This document shows, in pieces, positions 38,578 through 48,060 of a DNA stretch of 64,000 nt (positions are counted from its first letter, which is position 1; every line of letters begins with the position of its first letter). The notes beneath the pieces are model-generated. The model worked only from the letters and a program-made list of their open reading frames with translations. It ran no database searches and was not told the origin of the DNA. The stretch is from Gammaproteobacteria bacterium. Its GTDB lineage: Bacteria > Pseudomonadota > Gammaproteobacteria > JABDBA01. The stretch covers positions 556,025-620,024 of the forward strand of contig JABDBA010000001.1 in the NCBI GenBank assembly GCA_013288885.1, written 5' to 3'. The position numbers and the translations under genes were made by a program.

Positions 38578-39048
38578 TTAATTGATTGGTTTTAGTGTGT
38601 CGTGATAGTGTGGCAACCAGCGATTCAATAAATTATAAAGTTCGCTGGATGTGATCGGTTTTACTGCAAAATCATCTACACCTGCGGCACGACATTCAAA
38701 TTCAATAATGTCGCCGAACGCGGTGAGAGCAATAATCGGTGTGCGTTGCTCGCCTTCTTCGTGACGGAGAATGCGACAAACCTCAATACCGCTCATGCCT
38801 GGTAAGCCAATATCAAGCAAAACCAAGGCAGGTTTTTCTGCAAAAAAATCAATCGCTTGTTGGCCATTATTGGCAATGATGACTTCGCAATTCATCAGTT
38901 CAAGAAACCGCATATGTATATGTTGGATCAAAGGGTCATCTTCAACTAATAGAATTTTGGGTTTGACATGACGGGCTTGCTGCACTTTACTAGCTCCTGC
39001 AACATGTTGAGGGGTTTTTTTTCCTGAAAAACGATTGGCATTTAACAT
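38578..39048 (-). CDS. Single-domain response regulator (CheY-like receiver)
   Basis: ILLVEDD, LLDIGLPGMSG, PIIALTA, KP; start re-called to MLNANR with GGAG RBS. Confidence 0.9.
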   Translation of the reverse strand: MLNANRFSGKKTPQHVAGASKVQQARHVKPKILLVEDDPLIQHIHMRFLELMNCEVIIANNGQQAIDFFAEKPALVLLDIGLPGMSGIEVCRILRHEEGEQRTPIIALTAFGDIIEFECRAAGVDDFAVKPITSSELYNLLNRWLPHYHDTLKPIN

Positions 39049-39110
39049 GATCTTTCTCCATTTAAGTAAATACTTCCGGCCAGGATTGGCGTTCATAAGA
39101 TTCAGGTATA

Positions 39111-39157
39111 ACTATACTTGTAAGATATGTCTCAAACATCCGTGAGGATCACGGATG
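39111..39157 (-). promoter_or_regulatory. lux-box-like palindrome and -10 for the leftward promoter
   Basis: Perfect CATCCGTGA-GGA-TCACGGATG (39137-39157). Minus-strand TATAGT at 39116-39111 places its centre near -43. Confidence 0.6.
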
Positions 39158-39255
39158 ATTTGCACAAAATTGTGGATTTTTTAAGCACAAACTGTTCAAA
39201 AATCACCCAAATATGGTATTATTAAGCCCTGTACGGTCTAATAAATGGAGTTGCT

Positions 39256-40089
39256 ATGAGTACTATTTTGTTGTCGGAGTTATCAGAAAAACACTATTCG
39301 AGAAAGATTGCTGGCGATGTGGGGGAGATTTGTGAGCCGTTGCGGGGGTATGGGATTACTCATTTTTTATACTCCAGGTTGTTTTTTAATGATGGATCAA
39401 CTTATTCTCTTACTAACCATTGGGAATCTTATTTCCATCATTGTAAAATGCGTTATTCAGTAAGTCCGCCTGTGTCTGAAAAAATAATGAGCAATAAGTT
39501 TTTTTATCTTCCAGGCATGACGAGAGACTCTGGCTATAACCAAGCATCTTATGATTGGATTAATTTGTTTGACATAGGTCAGCCCATTTATTTTATTGAA
39601 TGCCAGCCAAACTATCTGGATTTTTTCATCTATGGTTCTACACCAGATAATGCCGCGCTTATTAATTTCTATCTTAATAATATTGATATGCTGGAAAAAT
39701 TTAAATTTTATTTTAAAGATAAAGCCAATAAGCTTATTGCAAAATCAATTAAGAATAAAATATTATTGCCTAAAGAAATGTGTTCTGGTTTTAATATAAA
39801 AATGAATGTTGATGAAAGTGTAGTTAACAGACAAAAATTTCTGAAGCAATTAGAAGTAAAAAACTATATCGTGCCGGGACAGCATTGCGATATATCTCTA
39901 TCAAGCAGAGAGCTTGACGTTATCAAAGAATTGGCTAATGGCTGTACCTTGAAAGAGGCAGGAAAATCACTTGAGCTATCTCCGCGCACCGTTGAAACCC
40001 ATTTAAACAATCTTAAATCCAAACTAAAATTGCAAAGAAAGACCGAGATTATTAAATTAATCTCGGATCTGAATTTACTGCGATTATAA
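39256..40089 (+). CDS. LuxR-family regulator (N-terminal sensor domain + C-terminal HTH), copy 1
   Basis: LSSRELDVIKELANGCTLKEAGKSLELSPRTVETHLNNLKSKL HTH. Confidence 0.92.
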   Translation: MSTILLSELSEKHYSRKIAGDVGEICEPLRGYGITHFLYSRLFFNDGSTYSLTNHWESYFHHCKMRYSVSPPVSEKIMSNKFFYLPGMTRDSGYNQASYDWINLFDIGQPIYFIECQPNYLDFFIYGSTPDNAALINFYLNNIDMLEKFKFYFKDKANKLIAKSIKNKILLPKEMCSGFNIKMNVDESVVNRQKFLKQLEVKNYIVPGQHCDISLSSRELDVIKELANGCTLKEAGKSLELSPRTVETHLNNLKSKLKLQRKTEIIKLISDLNLLRL

Positions 40090-40113
40090 CTTTATAGAGG
40101 GAGCGTTGAAAAA

Positions 40114-40944
40114 ATGAGTACTATTTTGTTACCTGAGTTATCAGAAAAACATTATTCAAGAAAGATTGCTGGCGATGTGGGGGAAATTTGTGAGCCGTTG
40201 CGGGGGTACGGGATTACATTTTTTCTTTACGCTAGGCTTTTTAATGACGGCACGCTTCTTCATCTCACCCAAAATTGGGATGCTCTACATTACCATTATA
40301 AAAAACAGCATTTGATTAGTCCGCCTATCTCAAACCAATCGCTTGGTAATAAATTCTTTTTTCTCCCAAGTGTGATAGATCATGAGGGTTTTAACAAAGC
40401 AAATTCGGATTGGAGGAATTTATTTAATATTGATATCCCTATTTATTTTATTGAACATTATCACCAGTATATGGAATTAATTATTTATAGCTCCACTTCT
40501 AATAACCATGAAATTCTAAATTTTTACCTAAATAATATTGATATATTGGAGAAATTTAAATTTTATTTCAGAGACAAAGCAAATAAGTTGATCGCAAAAT
40601 CCAATAAAAACAAAATACAGTTGCCTAAAGAAATGTATTCTAATTTAGGTAATATTAATGTTTCGACTGAGTCTGTGATTGTTAAAAGAAAATTTCTAAA
40701 GCACTTAGAGGTGAAAAATTATATTCTGCCAGGTAAACATCAAGATATATCGCTATCTAGCAGAGAGCTTGATGTAATAAAAGAACTTGCCAATGGTTGT
40801 ACTCTGAAAGAGACTGGGAAAACCCTCGATCTATCACCACGAACTGTTGAAACTCATTTAAATAATCTTAAGTCTAAATTAAAACTGCAAAGAAAAACTG
40901 AAATCATTAAATTAATATCGGATCTGAATTTGTTACGTCTATAA
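40114..40944 (+). CDS. LuxR-family regulator, copy 2
   Basis: Same HTH; tandem paralog of 39256..40089. Confidence 0.92.
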   Translation: MSTILLPELSEKHYSRKIAGDVGEICEPLRGYGITFFLYARLFNDGTLLHLTQNWDALHYHYKKQHLISPPISNQSLGNKFFFLPSVIDHEGFNKANSDWRNLFNIDIPIYFIEHYHQYMELIIYSSTSNNHEILNFYLNNIDILEKFKFYFRDKANKLIAKSNKNKIQLPKEMYSNLGNINVSTESVIVKRKFLKHLEVKNYILPGKHQDISLSSRELDVIKELANGCTLKETGKTLDLSPRTVETHLNNLKSKLKLQRKTEIIKLISDLNLLRL

Positions 40945-41101
40945 ACAATTTATTAATAATTTCATTACTTCATCTGGCCAATAGTAGCAATCCCAATCAT
41001 AGGAAATCCGCTATATTTCTTGTAAGCATTTAGCTAATTGCTGTGTTGAAAAAACTTCTATATCATTGCCGCAATTAAAACTTTAGAAGGAACTTTAAGT
41101 T

Positions 41102-42379
41102 ATGAAAAAAATAGCAATTAATAAGTTAGCTCTTAGTGTTGCCATTTCGTTAGTAGGCATTTCTTCACAAGCGTTCGCTGCAGATTTCAATATTCCCTTT
41201 ATTAACGGCGCAGGGCTTGGCAATCTGTATGCAGGTTGGGCAGCTGAGGGCGCTGATGCTAGTACTGCATTTACAAACCCTGCAGCTTTAGTTTTGATCC
41301 CCACACAACAATTTGAATTTGGTGGCGTTGGGGTGCTCGGCCATACTGAATTTACCGGTACGACTACGCCGCCATTTCCGCCTTCTCCACCACAAACAGG
41401 TACTGCAGGAAGTGAACTGAGAGGGTTGATCCCATCTACTTATTACGCGTTACCTCTTCTTGACAACCGAATTGTTCTTGGCTTTGGAGAAACGATACCA
41501 TTTGGTTTAGGCAATAATTATGGAACTACTTCTCTTGTTCGTTATGCAGCAACCAAATCACAAATTAGCGACATTGATATAGGCCCAAGCGTAGGGGTGA
41601 AAATCACTGATAAATTATCGGCAGGGGTAGGTTTAGACATACAAAGATTGTCTTTTTCGATTAATAATCAGCTTGGGTTCCCTCCTTTTGTGCCAGATTC
41701 TCTTAGTCAAAATAATTTATCAGATTGGGGTACTGGTTGGCACGGTGGATTATTGTATCAATTTACACCAGCGACTAGGGTCGGTGTCGATTATAATTCA
41801 CAAACCGTGTTTCACCTTACTGGTACGAGTCAATTAAGCGGTCCCATTATCCCTGGGAATGGCATTGTAAATTCTAATTTGAATGCAAATGTGACTTTAC
41901 CTGCTTTAGCACAAGTTAGTATCTATCATGATATCAATCAACAATGGAATGTAATGGCGACAGTGTTTTATAGCAACTGGAGTTCTTTTAAACAAGTAAC
42001 TCTTAATAATATTCAAGTTCCAGGTGGTACAGCCATTAGCAATACTGTGCCTTTTAATTATCATAACACTTTCGATTATGCAGGTGGTATTAACTATAAA
42101 CCAACTTGTAACTGGACTTTGCGAGCAGGTGCGGAATATCTTGCGAGCGCAACAGGCAGTCAGTATCGCATTATAGCTGACCCAGTAGGTGCGGGTACAA
42201 TTTTGAGTGTAGGCGCACATTACCAGCAAAATAAAAACATTGGTTATGACCTTGGTTACGCCCATGCTTTCTTCATCGATACCGCATATAATAATACTTC
42301 AGGATTCGGATCAGTCATTGGTAAAAGTAGCCAACAGAATAACGTTATAGGTGCGCAATTGACCTGGAGTATTACATAG
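41102..42379 (+). CDS. fadL: FadL/OmpP1-family outer-membrane long-chain fatty acid channel
   Basis: Signal peptide, GLGNLYAG.AA...DAST.F.NPA hatch motif, PFGL, alternating beta-strand pattern. Confidence 0.88.
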   Translation: MKKIAINKLALSVAISLVGISSQAFAADFNIPFINGAGLGNLYAGWAAEGADASTAFTNPAALVLIPTQQFEFGGVGVLGHTEFTGTTTPPFPPSPPQTGTAGSELRGLIPSTYYALPLLDNRIVLGFGETIPFGLGNNYGTTSLVRYAATKSQISDIDIGPSVGVKITDKLSAGVGLDIQRLSFSINNQLGFPPFVPDSLSQNNLSDWGTGWHGGLLYQFTPATRVGVDYNSQTVFHLTGTSQLSGPIIPGNGIVNSNLNANVTLPALAQVSIYHDINQQWNVMATVFYSNWSSFKQVTLNNIQVPGGTAISNTVPFNYHNTFDYAGGINYKPTCNWTLRAGAEYLASATGSQYRIIADPVGAGTILSVGAHYQQNKNIGYDLGYAHAFFIDTAYNNTSGFGSVIGKSSQQNNVIGAQLTWSIT

Positions 42380-42405
42380 TCGCGCGTAAAATTCTCTAAT
42401 GAGGG

Positions 42406-42437
42406 GGCAAGGAGTGGAAACTCCTTGCCTTTTTTTT
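42406..42437 (+). terminator. Rho-independent terminator of fadL
   Basis: GGCAAGGAGT-GGAA-ACTCCTTGCC followed by T8. Confidence 0.9.
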
Positions 42438-42448
42438 CGATATAAGTA

Positions 42449-43972
42449 TCACCGGCGATGTGAGGGTGATTCAGACCGAGGAGGAACTACCACGGCGGGT
42501 GCTTGTGGATTGACAACAGCCGCTAGTGCAGCAGAAGCAATAGCTGCAGACTCTGAAGCGGATACTTTCGCAAGAAATTCACTCGTGCTCGCAGCAGCGC
42601 CACTCAGTTTTCTTGGCGCGACCGTTCCCCCAGCTAATTTTTCATCAGCTTTAACCTTGTCCGCATTTACAGCGCCGACTTGAGCAGCATCACTCGGGGC
42701 AGATTTTTTCGCTGCAAATACCTTAATCTTTTGAATTAACGCATCAAGCTTTTCTATCAAAGCACTTTGCGGTACACTTTTCAGATGTGCTTCTGTAGTG
42801 ATGATAGCGAGTTCTTGAATTAGTGCAAGTTCCTCATCATTAATTGTTAAGCTCTTTGCTAATATGCGAACTGCGTTTTTTTCTCCCGCTGTTTCGTGGT
42901 CATCATAATTAGCTGTTAATATTGAATCTAAAATAAATTCTTGTTCGGAATAAGCATCAGAGACCCCAACTCCTTTGACTAAAGCAGTATGTTCCGCAAT
43001 AAGATTATTTAATTCTCCTATTTTATCTTTCTCCGAGAGAAGTTTAAAAGGTGCAAGCGCTTTAATATCTTCCGCTAATTGTCTGTCCTGCCATTGAAAT
43101 GCTTTTAGTGTAGGGAATTGATGTTTATGTTGATCAGTAAAGCATTTTACCATATCAGGTACAACATCACGGTCAAATCCTGCAATGCGAATAACGATTT
43201 GGCCGTAATTTCGCATTATTTTTGGTTCGCGCATTATTTTTTTTAAATCGTCAAGATGAATAGGCATTAATAATCTGCGTGCTTCGGTAAGTTTTTGCCG
43301 AATAAGATCTGAGTTCTTAATCGTTTCAGTTAATTTATCAAGTCTTTTTTCCAAGACGTCATCTGTTACTGTTTTTAGGCGCTCTTCTGTAGCAATTACT
43401 GCAAGTTGTTGAACCAATTCCAGTTCATCATCGTCAACATGCTCTTCCATAGCTAGTAATTTTACTGCTTCTATTTCACCTTTGGTTTCTTTAGCGTCAA
43501 CATTAGACACTAACATTGCATCATAAATAAATGCTTTTGCGGCGTTGACATTGATTTCATCGATTTGGGCAATGATTAATGATTTATGTTGCTCTATAGC
43601 TTCGGCTAATACTGCCATTTTTGCATCATCTGACAAGTCTTTATATTTTAAAAATTCAGGATCTTCAGCTATGAATTTTTTTAACCAGCTTTTTTTTGCC
43701 TCAAATGCTTCAGGAGAAGGAAACTCGTTTCTATGTTGTTCAGTAAAACAGTCTATCATGTCAGAAGTAATATCTTTACGGCCAAACAATGCAATCATGA
43801 AAACAATTTTACCGTATAAAGCTGGTATATCTTTATTGCTCATTATTTTCGCTAAAACTTCGGGTGGCGTAGTTGTTAACAGTTTGCGGGTGTCGGTAAT
43901 TTTTTGTTGTAATTTGGTAAGTGTTGCAGCAGGTTTTTCGTCGAGTTTTAGGGGTTGAGCTCCAGGTTGCAT
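42449..43972 (-). CDS. Hypothetical protein with two ~200-aa internal repeats containing TerB-like motifs; candidate effector
   Basis: QKITDTRKLL..LYGKIVFMIA..DMIDCFTEQH..FP vs QKLTEARRLL..NYGQIVIRIA..DMVKCFTDQH..FP; FIYDAMLVSNVD..ETKGE vs FILDSILTANYD..ETAGE; Ala/Ser/Pro-rich tail; AGGAG RBS. Confidence 0.75.
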   Translation of the reverse strand: MQPGAQPLKLDEKPAATLTKLQQKITDTRKLLTTTPPEVLAKIMSNKDIPALYGKIVFMIALFGRKDITSDMIDCFTEQHRNEFPSPEAFEAKKSWLKKFIAEDPEFLKYKDLSDDAKMAVLAEAIEQHKSLIIAQIDEINVNAAKAFIYDAMLVSNVDAKETKGEIEAVKLLAMEEHVDDDELELVQQLAVIATEERLKTVTDDVLEKRLDKLTETIKNSDLIRQKLTEARRLLMPIHLDDLKKIMREPKIMRNYGQIVIRIAGFDRDVVPDMVKCFTDQHKHQFPTLKAFQWQDRQLAEDIKALAPFKLLSEKDKIGELNNLIAEHTALVKGVGVSDAYSEQEFILDSILTANYDDHETAGEKNAVRILAKSLTINDEELALIQELAIITTEAHLKSVPQSALIEKLDALIQKIKVFAAKKSAPSDAAQVGAVNADKVKADEKLAGGTVAPRKLSGAAASTSEFLAKVSASESAAIASAALAAVVNPQAPAVVVPPRSESPSHRR

Positions 43973-44108
43973 ATGTAAACTCCTATATTAAGGTTGGTTT
44001 GGAATGGACACTTAGCTCAAGTAGTTTAAAAAATTGCTAAAGCTAAGCTATTTACATTATATTTGATTTTTTCATTGAATGCTTGTTCTTTAGCAAAATT
44101 ATTCGTTA

Positions 44109-47100
44109 TTAAATGTTAACACCATTAGGCAATAGATGGTGGGCAAGAGCTTGTTTTATTTTTTGAAAAATTTCCTGACGATTTTGATCATCGCGAATAA
44201 AGAGATGCCCTCCATTCAACTCATATGTTTGATATTCGGTTTTGGTATGTGTTACCCATCCTGCCATGTCATTATAAGAAACCCGGCTATCATGCTTTCC
44301 TGAAAATACAGTAATAGGTACTTCCAATGGAGTATCCTCTGTGAATTGATAATTTTTAACTAAGCGCATATCAGCTATTAAAATTGGTAACAATATTTTA
44401 AATAGTTCTTTATTCATAGCAGGGTCATAATTAATATCATTATGTTCATTAAAGATAGAAGCTAATTGGGTTAGCTGCTTGTCGTTCAACAAAGAGATCG
44501 TATCAGCATTATCTAATTCAAGTATGTTTAAATTATTGGTTTTTAATTGCTGCAATAAATTATTTAGACTTCGAGTCGGGGCCCGAGGGTCTGGAAAAGC
44601 CGATGCAAAAAATTGTATAGGTAATGGTAACTGACATTTCCGTAAATAGCGGATTAGCTCAAATGCAATTAATGCACCAAAACTGTGCCCAAAGAATGCA
44701 AAAGGCAAATTAAATTCATTTTTCAGATGCTCTGCTAAATTGTTAATTAAAAGTGCAATATCGGTGGTTATTTGTTCATTCATCCTATTTTCTCTGCCAG
44801 GTAGTTGTATAGGGCATATTTCTATTGTTTCTGGTAATGAGCGTTGCCAATTATTGTAAATGGAAGCACCAGCACCACCATAAGGAAAACAAAATAAACG
44901 TACTTTTGCATTGGGTTGAGTTTTTCTATATGCAATCCAGGAATTACCATTTTTTGTATTTTCTTTTGAATCGAAAGTATGGGTTGAGGGTTGAAGATTG
45001 AGTTGTTTTTGGGTGAGTATGAAATCAGTAATTTCAGCGATTGTTGGTCCTTGCAATAAGTTTTCTACAGAATAGCTTACCCCCAAATTCGTTTCTATTA
45101 TCTTCGTGAATGAGAGGGCCATGAGCGAGTCAATTCCAATCTCTCGTAAAGATTGATGGGTGTTGATATCATTGCTTGGCATAGAAAAAATAGCAGCGAT
45201 TTTTTCTACTAGATAATCAGTAATTTTTCCTTGGCGATGTTCAGGTGGTATAGAGTCTAAATTAAAATCATGCTGAGTATTGATATGCATAATTTGTTCG
45301 AGTGATATTTTATTGTTGAGTCTGGCCATATGCATATCTTTACAAACGGCAACAATGTGATTGTTATTGTCTATTAGGTACCAGTCGCCAATAATCCTTT
45401 CTCCATTTGGACTAATTTCTTTAAGTATAGTTAATAGAGATAAAGATTGGTCTGTGATGCCTGAATACAAAAATTTTCCTATCGTAGAGGCCACATAAGG
45501 TTGGTTAAGTTGTTCGGGTAGCAACATAAATAGAGGTTGTATACAGCCATCAATAATGCCGGGATGGACATTAAGTTTAAATTTGTCATTCACAACTGAA
45601 GCTGGGGTTTTAAATTCACACACCATTACTTTTTCTTCTAGCCAATATTGATGCGTCCAGCGGATACTTTCTCCAGCTGGCATTTCCATTGATGCAATGC
45701 GGTTATAAAGCTTTTCTGCATCATGCGATGAGATAGCTCGTTTTTTTATTTCATCAATGAGAATGGGGAGATCATATTTGATAATACTCAATGTTAATTT
45801 ACAGGTGGAGTTTTTTACCCAGTTGTTTTTATCAATCGGCTGACTGTAAAAAATGCAAGATAGTAAATCATTTCCTAGTTGTTCTAATATTAGATGGATC
45901 CTGATGGTGTTATTATTAGGAACTAATATTGGCGATAAAAAAGTAAGTTCTTCGACATTAAAGGTATGTTGTTGATAAAGATTGTTAACAACAAATGCTA
46001 ACATTTCAATAAAATAACCTGCATGTAATATATTGTAAGTATCTTTTAGTTCTGGTAATTGATTTATATTGAAAATAAATTCAAATTGTAGCAATGATAC
46101 GGGGGAAATAATTTGTTTTCCCTGTAAAGGGTAACTGCCGGTTTGTGCGCTTACTGTAGTATGACTACTATTTAAATTAGGCCAATAACTTTTAGGCTGC
46201 CATGGGTATGAAGGCATTTCAATGTATGGGTAGCTTCTTCTTTCTTCAAATTTAATCCAATTGATGGGGGAATTTTGTACATATAACTTGGCAATTATTT
46301 TTAAATCCAATGAGTTTAAGGGCATATGGGCTATATTTTTATATTCAATTAACAGATTTGGATCGTTACAATTTGTTTTTGTAAAAACGTTAACTGGAAT
46401 TTCAGATGGATTCTCAATTATTGCGCATAATAAATTGTATAGCTCAGCTATGCTGGAAGAAATTATTGCAACTTTATGAGAAAAATGGGCGCGTCTTAAG
46501 TGGGTATTAAAACATAGCTGAGCTAAATTTACGGTTAGATTATTTTTTAAATAATTACGCCAGAGTAGAATTAATTGGTTAAGCGCGACAGGATCTTTAG
46601 CCGATAAAGTAAACAATTCATTATTTGTAGATTCTATAGGCGCAGTTGATAAAGAAATAGACGCGAGCTTTTCTTGTTCGGTTAAATCGCGCACAATAAC
46701 ATGTGCATTGGTTCCACCAAAACCGAAACTACTAATTCCTGCTATACGTTGATCGTTATGTTTCGGCCAACCGATTGTATTTTTGGGGATCTTTAAGTTG
46801 TATTTATTAAATGGAATATGCGGATTTTGATTAATAAAATTAAGGTGGGGTGGTATTTGTGCATTTTTTAAAGCTAATGCTATTTTAATAATGCTGGACA
46901 TACCGGCCGCCGGTTCTAAATGGCCGAGATTAGTTTTTACAGAACCTATCCAACAAGGATTTTCTGGCTTTCGATTTTTGCTTATTATATTGCCCAGAGC
47001 TTGTATTTCTATCGGGTCACCTAAAAAAGTTCCCGTTCCATGACATTCCACATAAGATAACATCAAAGGGTCAATGCCCGCAGCGTTGTATACATCTCGC

Positions 47101-48041
47101 AGTAATTTTTCTTGCTGCAGGCCATTGGGTGCTGTTAATCCATTGGTTCGACCATCTTGATTAATACCACTGCCCGCGATGACGGCATAAATTCTATCTT
47201 TGTCTTCTATGGCTTTTGCTAATGGCTTTAATACAATTACACCAACCCCCTCACCTTGCACATAGCCGTTTGCTTGTGCATCAAATGTTTTGCATTGTCC
47301 ATCTTGCGATAGCATTTTTGCTTTTGATAGCGTTAAATTAATGGAGGGCAGTAAATTTAAACTAATACCACCCACAAGCGATAGATCACAACTATTATTC
47401 TGAATGTTTAAGCAAGCCAAATGTAGTGCTACCAATGATGAAGAGCATGCAGTATCAACAACAAGACTTGGGCCACGAAGATCAAATTGGTATGAGATGC
47501 GATTTGCAGCAATACTTGTGGCATTACCAGTGGGAAGATATAAAGCATCCATTTCTGTTTCAAGTTTTTGTAGATGACCCAATTGGCTTGGATATAAACT
47601 AGCAAATACACCTGTATTAGAGCCTGCCAGAGCCTCCGTCGTTAACCCTGCATCTTCAATTGCCTCATAAGTAACTTCTAACAATAAACGTTGTTGGGGA
47701 TCCATACGTACTGCTTCACGTGGAGTAATGCCAAAAAAATAAGCATCAAAGGCGCTGATGTTTGATAAAAAACCGCCCCAATAAGGGTGGTCTTTTTCGC
47801 GTTTAGTGATTTCATCGGTACCTTCTAATAATTGCCAGCGTTCCTCAGGTATATGCGTAATAACGTTTTTGCCATGAGTCAGTAATTGCCAGTAATCGTC
47901 TTTATTTGCCACTTGGGGAAACCGACAACTTACACCAATAATGGCAATAGGTTGATAAGAGTTAGATTTTTGGGTTTTTAATAAATGCTTGAGTTTATTG
48001 ATAGTATATAATGCTTTATGTAATGTCGTGGCTTCAGTCAT
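44109..48041 (-). CDS. AT-less PKS terminal module: KS-DH-like-ACP-TE
   Basis: DTACSSS/ECHGTGT/GHLE (KS), double-hot-dog region with HPGIIDGCIQ, IGIDSL (ACP), FCFPYGG, GHSFG and GGHLF (TE). Likely start MTEAT at 48041. Confidence 0.93.
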   Translation of the reverse strand: MTEATTLHKALYTINKLKHLLKTQKSNSYQPIAIIGVSCRFPQVANKDDYWQLLTHGKNVITHIPEERWQLLEGTDEITKREKDHPYWGGFLSNISAFDAYFFGITPREAVRMDPQQRLLLEVTYEAIEDAGLTTEALAGSNTGVFASLYPSQLGHLQKLETEMDALYLPTGNATSIAANRISYQFDLRGPSLVVDTACSSSLVALHLACLNIQNNSCDLSLVGGISLNLLPSINLTLSKAKMLSQDGQCKTFDAQANGYVQGEGVGVIVLKPLAKAIEDKDRIYAVIAGSGINQDGRTNGLTAPNGLQQEKLLRDVYNAAGIDPLMLSYVECHGTGTFLGDPIEIQALGNIISKNRKPENPCWIGSVKTNLGHLEPAAGMSSIIKIALALKNAQIPPHLNFINQNPHIPFNKYNLKIPKNTIGWPKHNDQRIAGISSFGFGGTNAHVIVRDLTEQEKLASISLSTAPIESTNNELFTLSAKDPVALNQLILLWRNYLKNNLTVNLAQLCFNTHLRRAHFSHKVAIISSSIAELYNLLCAIIENPSEIPVNVFTKTNCNDPNLLIEYKNIAHMPLNSLDLKIIAKLYVQNSPINWIKFEERRSYPYIEMPSYPWQPKSYWPNLNSSHTTVSAQTGSYPLQGKQIISPVSLLQFEFIFNINQLPELKDTYNILHAGYFIEMLAFVVNNLYQQHTFNVEELTFLSPILVPNNNTIRIHLILEQLGNDLLSCIFYSQPIDKNNWVKNSTCKLTLSIIKYDLPILIDEIKKRAISSHDAEKLYNRIASMEMPAGESIRWTHQYWLEEKVMVCEFKTPASVVNDKFKLNVHPGIIDGCIQPLFMLLPEQLNQPYVASTIGKFLYSGITDQSLSLLTILKEISPNGERIIGDWYLIDNNNHIVAVCKDMHMARLNNKISLEQIMHINTQHDFNLDSIPPEHRQGKITDYLVEKIAAIFSMPSNDINTHQSLREIGIDSLMALSFTKIIETNLGVSYSVENLLQGPTIAEITDFILTQKQLNLQPSTHTFDSKENTKNGNSWIAYRKTQPNAKVRLFCFPYGGAGASIYNNWQRSLPETIEICPIQLPGRENRMNEQITTDIALLINNLAEHLKNEFNLPFAFFGHSFGALIAFELIRYLRKCQLPLPIQFFASAFPDPRAPTRSLNNLLQQLKTNNLNILELDNADTISLLNDKQLTQLASIFNEHNDINYDPAMNKELFKILLPILIADMRLVKNYQFTEDTPLEVPITVFSGKHDSRVSYNDMAGWVTHTKTEYQTYELNGGHLFIRDDQNRQEIFQKIKQALAHHLLPNGVNI

Positions 48042-48060
48042 ATTAAATGCCCTATTATTG

